Virus record (IMG/VR): IMGVR_UViG_3300025168_000061
Length of the DNA stretch: 20,000 bases
From: an uncultured virus (IMG/VR IMGVR_UViG_3300025168_000061)
Taxonomy: Duplodnaviria > Heunggongvirae > Uroviricota > Caudoviricetes
Strand: one strand, 5' to 3'
Of the stretch, positions 16,272 to 20,000 are shown piece by piece. The notes under the pieces were generated by a model. The model was not told where the DNA came from, ran no database searches, and worked only from the letters and a program-made list of their open reading frames with translations. Made by a program: the position numbers and the translations under genes. The stretch's first letter is position 1. Every line of letters begins with the position of its first letter.

Positions 16272-18328
16272 TATCCTCTAAGTTTTTTAAGAATAGATTC
16301 TGCCATTCTTTTCTTTTGTTTAGCAGTTGGACCTTTACCTGCTCCCGCTCTTTTTTTAGCTGCTATGGAACCTGCAATTTTACCTGCTTCGTCTTTGGTA
16401 ATGCCTTTTTGCTTATCTAATTTTTTGGCTAAAGAATCAAAGCTTTCGTTTGCTTCAGCTTTTTCTTTATCCTTAGCTGCTTTGGCCATTGGTTCTTTTG
16501 TATCACCGTCTCCGTCTATGTCTGGATAATCTGGTCTTTGTTGTTTTTCATTCATTAAAGGCATTCCTTTAAAATCAAGTGGTTTTGTATCAATGTATAA
16601 ACCATCTCTATCTACAGAAGTTTCTAAACCTTTAGACTTAACATAATCCATTACTGCTGCTTTGAATTTTTTATCTTTTCTTGCAAAATCTCTTACTACT
16701 ACTGTTTGGTCTGTAGCTACTAATGATATTGCTTCATATGGGTCTTTATATATTCTAGATCCTATGGCATAAATGTCATCTTTAATTGGAGTTGTAGCTA
16801 ATTCTTCATTCATACTTCTGTTTTCAGGAGCGTTCATTGCTAATTCTTTAGCTGCCATTTGGGCTCTGTCTAATCCATCAAATACATCATCACTACCAAC
16901 AATATCATAGTAATGATTTTTCATTTCTTCGATGTCTTTTATGAAGCGGTTGATTTCAGTTACTGTACCCATACCCCAAACACCTTCTTTAAGGGAGTTC
17001 ATGTTTTTTCTCATGTCTGCACCTGCTTTCTCTCTCCTTTCTTTATCCTTCCTTTCATACCAGTCCAAGTCAATTGTTGTAAGCTCTTTATCCTCATCAC
17101 CAATTGGTGTATTTTTTACCGTTCGTGGAGAGTGGAAATTATCTTCCTTTACAGGTCCTGTTAAAGCTGATTTTATTAGTTCTGTTAGTCTATCGTTGTT
17201 CATTGTTGTTTCTTTTAGTGAGAATTTAGTTCCCTTTTCAAATTTATCGAAGTCTTCTAATTTTTTTATTTTAGTTTCTTTACCATCCTTGTCAATTGCT
17301 AGAACAGCTTTTAATGTAGATTTACCCATTCCATCATCACGTTTGCCTTTCAACATTTGTTTGAGTTCTGATTTGGCTCTTGATTTGCTAACTGTTGATG
17401 TTCTTTCTTCTTTTAATTTCTTTTTTGATATTGCTGTATCTTTACACATTTCATCGAATTCAGGACCATCTTGAGAACATGCCCATTTTCTTTGTTTTTC
17501 AGAATATACTTCTTTTACTAATGTAGCAAGTCGTTCATCTATAGTGTTAGGTTTTTCATACCATTGATTAGCCATTGATATTACTTTGGATAATACATTG
17601 GAATCTTCAGCTAATTCTTCTCCTTTTGGTGAAGTTGATGTTTCGTAAGCAACTTGAGTTAATCTGCCTTCTTCGTTTGGTAGGTATAAGCTTATTGAAA
17701 CTTCATCAGTTTTATCATCTTTTGGATATTTACCTAACTCAACAATTATATCATCCTTTGATGTAGGGATGTACATACTTATAACATATCCTTTATTTGA
17801 TGAACTTAAACCATATCTTTTAACGCTTAAGGTAGGTTGTTTAGATGGGCTGAAGTTTAGTTTATTTAATGAATTTTTTAATACTGGTAGTAGTTCAACT
17901 ACTTGGCTTCTGTTGAGAAATCTTTCTGATTCATCTGTTTTGAAAGAATCATATGAATTGTCTTCGTTAAGTGATTCTTCTCTTAATTCCATATTATCAA
18001 TTTCATCTCTAACCCATTCTTGCTCACCTGAGCCTAATTGTTCATAATCCATACCAAATTCGGATTGTGCTATGTCATCGTAAGCGTCCATTTGTTCATT
18101 AATTGTTTCGGTTTCAGTTTCCTTTTTAACTAAATTAATAGCCCTACCCATAGCCATAGCGTCAGGGTTGGGCCGTTTTAATTTTGGATCGATATACTTC
18201 ATGAGCTTTTTTTTATTGCCCTTTAGCATACCCGAATAAATTGATTTGTATTTGTCTTCTACTTTAGATACCTGATCTGGGGTAAGGGCTTCTTTTAAAT
18301 TTTTGGTACCATGTGTAGATTTTGCCAT
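16271..18328 (-). CDS. Large modular (polyprotein-like) putative internal head protein
   Basis: Start revised to ATG at 18328 (MAKSTHGTKNLKEA), 685 aa; about a dozen (L/I/V/M)-x-E sites between dissimilar modules; DIDGDGD Ca-binding-like motif; basic C-terminus. Confidence 0.8.
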   Translation of the reverse strand: MAKSTHGTKNLKEALTPDQVSKVEDKYKSIYSGMLKGNKKKLMKYIDPKLKRPNPDAMAMGRAINLVKKETETETINEQMDAYDDIAQSEFGMDYEQLGSGEQEWVRDEIDNMELREESLNEDNSYDSFKTDESERFLNRSQVVELLPVLKNSLNKLNFSPSKQPTLSVKRYGLSSSNKGYVISMYIPTSKDDIIVELGKYPKDDKTDEVSISLYLPNEEGRLTQVAYETSTSPKGEELAEDSNVLSKVISMANQWYEKPNTIDERLATLVKEVYSEKQRKWACSQDGPEFDEMCKDTAISKKKLKEERTSTVSKSRAKSELKQMLKGKRDDGMGKSTLKAVLAIDKDGKETKIKKLEDFDKFEKGTKFSLKETTMNNDRLTELIKSALTGPVKEDNFHSPRTVKNTPIGDEDKELTTIDLDWYERKDKERREKAGADMRKNMNSLKEGVWGMGTVTEINRFIKDIEEMKNHYYDIVGSDDVFDGLDRAQMAAKELAMNAPENRSMNEELATTPIKDDIYAIGSRIYKDPYEAISLVATDQTVVVRDFARKDKKFKAAVMDYVKSKGLETSVDRDGLYIDTKPLDFKGMPLMNEKQQRPDYPDIDGDGDTKEPMAKAAKDKEKAEANESFDSLAKKLDKQKGITKDEAGKIAGSIAAKKRAGAGKGPTAKQKKRMAESILKKLRG

Positions 18329-18332
18329 TTCA

Positions 18333-18503
18333 TTACTTTTTATTTTCAGCAACTGAAGTTCTTTTGTATTCTGCAATTAGTTTTTTCATTTTAGTTGCAG
18401 CACTTCTTGCTCGGCCGTGAGCAGCTTTAGTAGTTTTTGAATGCTCAGTTGAGAATTCAGTCCATAACTCGGCCATTTCCATATAAATTTCATTTGTATC
18501 CAT
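18333..18503 (-). CDS. Histone H1-like Hc1-family small DNA-binding protein
   Basis: Missed by the ORF track (56 aa): MDTNEIYMEMAELWTEFSTEHSKTTKAAHGRARSAATKMKKLIAEYKRTSVAENKK; KAAxxRARxA...KKLxxEY/FxxxS resembles the Hc1 core; fills an otherwise empty gap. Confidence 0.7.
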   Translation of the reverse strand: MDTNEIYMEMAELWTEFSTEHSKTTKAAHGRARSAATKMKKLIAEYKRTSVAENKK

Positions 18504-18526
18504 AACGTATTTTTTGATTTTTAATT

Positions 18527-19090
18527 TTACTTTCTTCGTGTAAATAATTCATTTTCTGCTACTGCTCTAGTTTCAGTTGATTTAACAACATGAGCTCTAG
18601 TATAGTAAGTAATTGTATTACCAATTTGATCCATTAGTTTTTCATCACCTAATGATTCAGCTTCAGATTGAGCTTTAGTTAATAAACCTAAAATAGCTGC
18701 TGTGTCAGCGTCTTCACCTGCTAATTCAGAATCTACTTCAATTTTTGATTCTTCTGATTCATCATCGATATCAACTTCTGTATCAATATCTACATTTACT
18801 TCTTCAGTATCTTCAACCTCTACATCTTCTTCTGCTTCTTTTAAAATAGAAGTGATTTCGTTTTGGATGGCTTTCCTTAAAGCAGATTCTTTAACATCTT
18901 TTTTCTTGTCTTTTTTAAGCTTAGCTAATTTTTTCTCATCAGCTTCTGCATCTGCATCTAGTGCATCAATGTGGTCTCTATCGTCAGCGATAGCACCTTC
19001 TTCTCGTTTTTCCTCTTCTTCATTTCCCTTTTTAGTTGCTTCTAATAAAGGATTGTTATAGAGAAAATTTCTTAAATCGAATTCGTTCAT
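18527..19090 (-). CDS. Acidic scaffold-like protein carrying leader A and an internal leader-B-like helix
   Basis: Start revised to ATG at 19090 (MNEFDLRNFLYNNPLLEA); internal ESALRKAIQNEITSILKE|A; D/E/V-rich linker. Confidence 0.8.
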   Translation of the reverse strand: MNEFDLRNFLYNNPLLEATKKGNEEEEKREEGAIADDRDHIDALDADAEADEKKLAKLKKDKKKDVKESALRKAIQNEITSILKEAEEDVEVEDTEEVNVDIDTEVDIDDESEESKIEVDSELAGEDADTAAILGLLTKAQSEAESLGDEKLMDQIGNTITYYTRAHVVKSTETRAVAENELFTRRK

Positions 19091-19122
19091 TTTGTTTTTT
19101 TTTTGGATATTTAAATATGCCA

Positions 19123-19130
19123 ATAAATAT
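19123..19130 (-). promoter_or_regulatory. Putative late-promoter motif ATATTTAT
   Basis: Intergenic, about 32 bp upstream of the ATG at 19090. Confidence 0.5.
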
Positions 19131-19224
19131 ATAGGAAGGTGTTATCTATGCGAACTATGCGTGGATGATTTTTAACTATTATAACCTAGATATATTTAGT
19201 TTTTTGGGGTTTCTTAATATTTTA

Positions 19225-19479
19225 TTAACCTCTTCCAAATTCGAAAGCAACTCCAAATTCCTGACCTATTTCTTCAATTACCTCATGTGGATCTATACCC
19301 GTGTCTCGGATTAGTTCAAGTATTTCACCTATTACTTGGCCTGTTCTTTTATCTGTGCCTGCAGCTCCAAAGGTAATTTCTTCTAAATCCTCTTTTTTTG
19401 ATGCTCTTTCTTTATCAGTCATACCTTCTTCTAGGTATTGGTTTTTAAACCATCTTCGGTGGTTGAAATTGTCTTTCAT
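19225..19479 (-). CDS. Small protein with divergent leader A
   Basis: MKDNFNHRRWFKNQYLEE aligns to M-x-x-F-D-L-R-K-Y-L-x-E-N-x-L-x-E. Confidence 0.7.
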   Translation of the reverse strand: MKDNFNHRRWFKNQYLEEGMTDKERASKKEDLEEITFGAAGTDKRTGQVIGEILELIRDTGIDPHEVIEEIGQEFGVAFEFGRG

Positions 19480-19497
19480 AATTTTGATTTTTTAATT

Positions 19498-19809
19498 TTA
19501 AGATGATTTTGGTCTTTTATTTTGGGATGACTTGGTAGCTGATAGCATTAATCGTTCTTCCATACGTGCTAGTTTTTCTCTTAACATGGAATTTTCTTCA
19601 ATTAATTCATCTATTTTTTCTTCTAATTGATCTATTTTATCTTTTAAATCCAAAATAACCTCGGACATCAATTTGTCTTTTAAGTTAGCGTCTTTTGTTA
19701 ATTTTTTATTATTTAATTCAACTCTCTTTTTCCATATTAACCAAATTTCCTTAATACCTAACGCACTTGTTATAGCTGTTAAGACACTCATCAATACCTC
19801 TTGTTCCAT
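19498..19809 (-). CDS. Small membrane protein with C-terminal coiled coil (possible holin/lysis-related)
   Basis: N-terminal hydrophobic VLMSVLTAITSALGIKEIWLIW, basic patch, then leucine-zipper-like coil. Confidence 0.6.
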   Translation of the reverse strand: MEQEVLMSVLTAITSALGIKEIWLIWKKRVELNNKKLTKDANLKDKLMSEVILDLKDKIDQLEEKIDELIEENSMLREKLARMEERLMLSATKSSQNKRPKSS

Positions 19810-19875
19810 TACTCTATTTTTTTAAAAAGTTATTTTTATATGTTTACTCTTATTAAAAACAACCATTTATATGGT

Positions 19876-19884
19876 TATAAATAT
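19876..19884 (-). promoter_or_regulatory. Putative late-promoter motif ATATTTATA
   Basis: Intergenic, about 66 bp upstream of the ATG at 19809; followed by a small inverted repeat AACCAT-ATAA-ATGGTT. Confidence 0.5.
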
Positions 19885-19918
19885 GGAAAAAAATTGGGAA
19901 ATTCGTGAGATATTAGGA

Positions 19919-20000
19919 TTAGTCTTTTTTAAGGCCTTTAAGATATTCAATTCCTTCCTCTAATGCCTTTTGTGCCCTTTCCTTATCAATACCTCCTACC
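19919..20000 (-). CDS. 3' end of a gene entering from the right edge (...VGGIDKERAQKALEEGIEYLKGLKKD*)
   Basis: Open frame from the window edge to TAA at 19919-19921, with protein-like amphipathic composition. Confidence 0.6.
   Translation of the reverse strand, partial: VGGIDKERAQKALEEGIEYLKGLKKD

Noticed and set aside
6708..19123. Longer upstream starts in the track (6737, 8941, 11031, 11552, 18376, 19123)
   Set aside because: They overlap upstream genes, terminator or promoter motifs; downstream ATGs coincide with leader motifs or domain starts.
956..19495. All plus-strand ORFs in the track (e.g. 956..1162, 6121..6426, 16932..17474, 18702..19061)
   Set aside because: Antisense shadows of K/E-rich minus-strand genes (S/F/L-rich), fully overlapping better-supported CDSs.
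19131..19918. tRNA/ncRNA in the larger intergenic gaps
   Set aside because: No cloverleaf, T-loop GTTCRA in context, or extended stable stems seen.
1..20000. Stop-codon reassignment as in some large phages
   Set aside because: Standard code gives intact terminase/portal and tight tiling; TAG (11924) and TGA (7291, 10450) end genes at sensible boundaries.

Overview
AT-rich, densely packed region of a large tailed phage, with every credible gene on the minus strand. The left part is a head-morphogenesis core: T4 gp20-like portal (1564-3456), T4 gp17-like large terminase (3478-5052) and an overlapping pair of membrane coiled-coil genes (spanin-like). A small metabolic block follows (P-loop kinase/ATPase, small repeat protein, FAD-dependent oxidoreductase), set off by a terminator and a probable separate promoter. 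The host is inferred to be Bacteroidota (A-rich start contexts without SD, Hc1-like gene). The most striking structure is an ~13.7 kb stretch (5781-19479) of hypothetical genes sharing two short N-terminal leaders (A: M-x-x-FDLRKYLxENxL(L)xE; B: MKKSELRKxIKEEIxKxLxE). Each leader ends in a T4-prohead-protease-like (L/I)-x-E site and is fused to an unrelated cargo (HiPIP-like Cys domain, hydrophobic helical protein, acidic domains); a restriction-like nuclease carries a third leader type. Leader DNA is nearly identical between copies, four genes alternate A-B-A-B, and one leader gene is flanked by a 45-bp hairpin-containing direct repeat. I infer a modular capsid-targeting leader plus swappable cargo system for internal virion proteins, analogous to but much larger than the T-even IPI locus. 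A recurring sense-strand ATATTTAT(A) motif precedes several structural genes. All family assignments come from motif recognition by eye; no searches were run.
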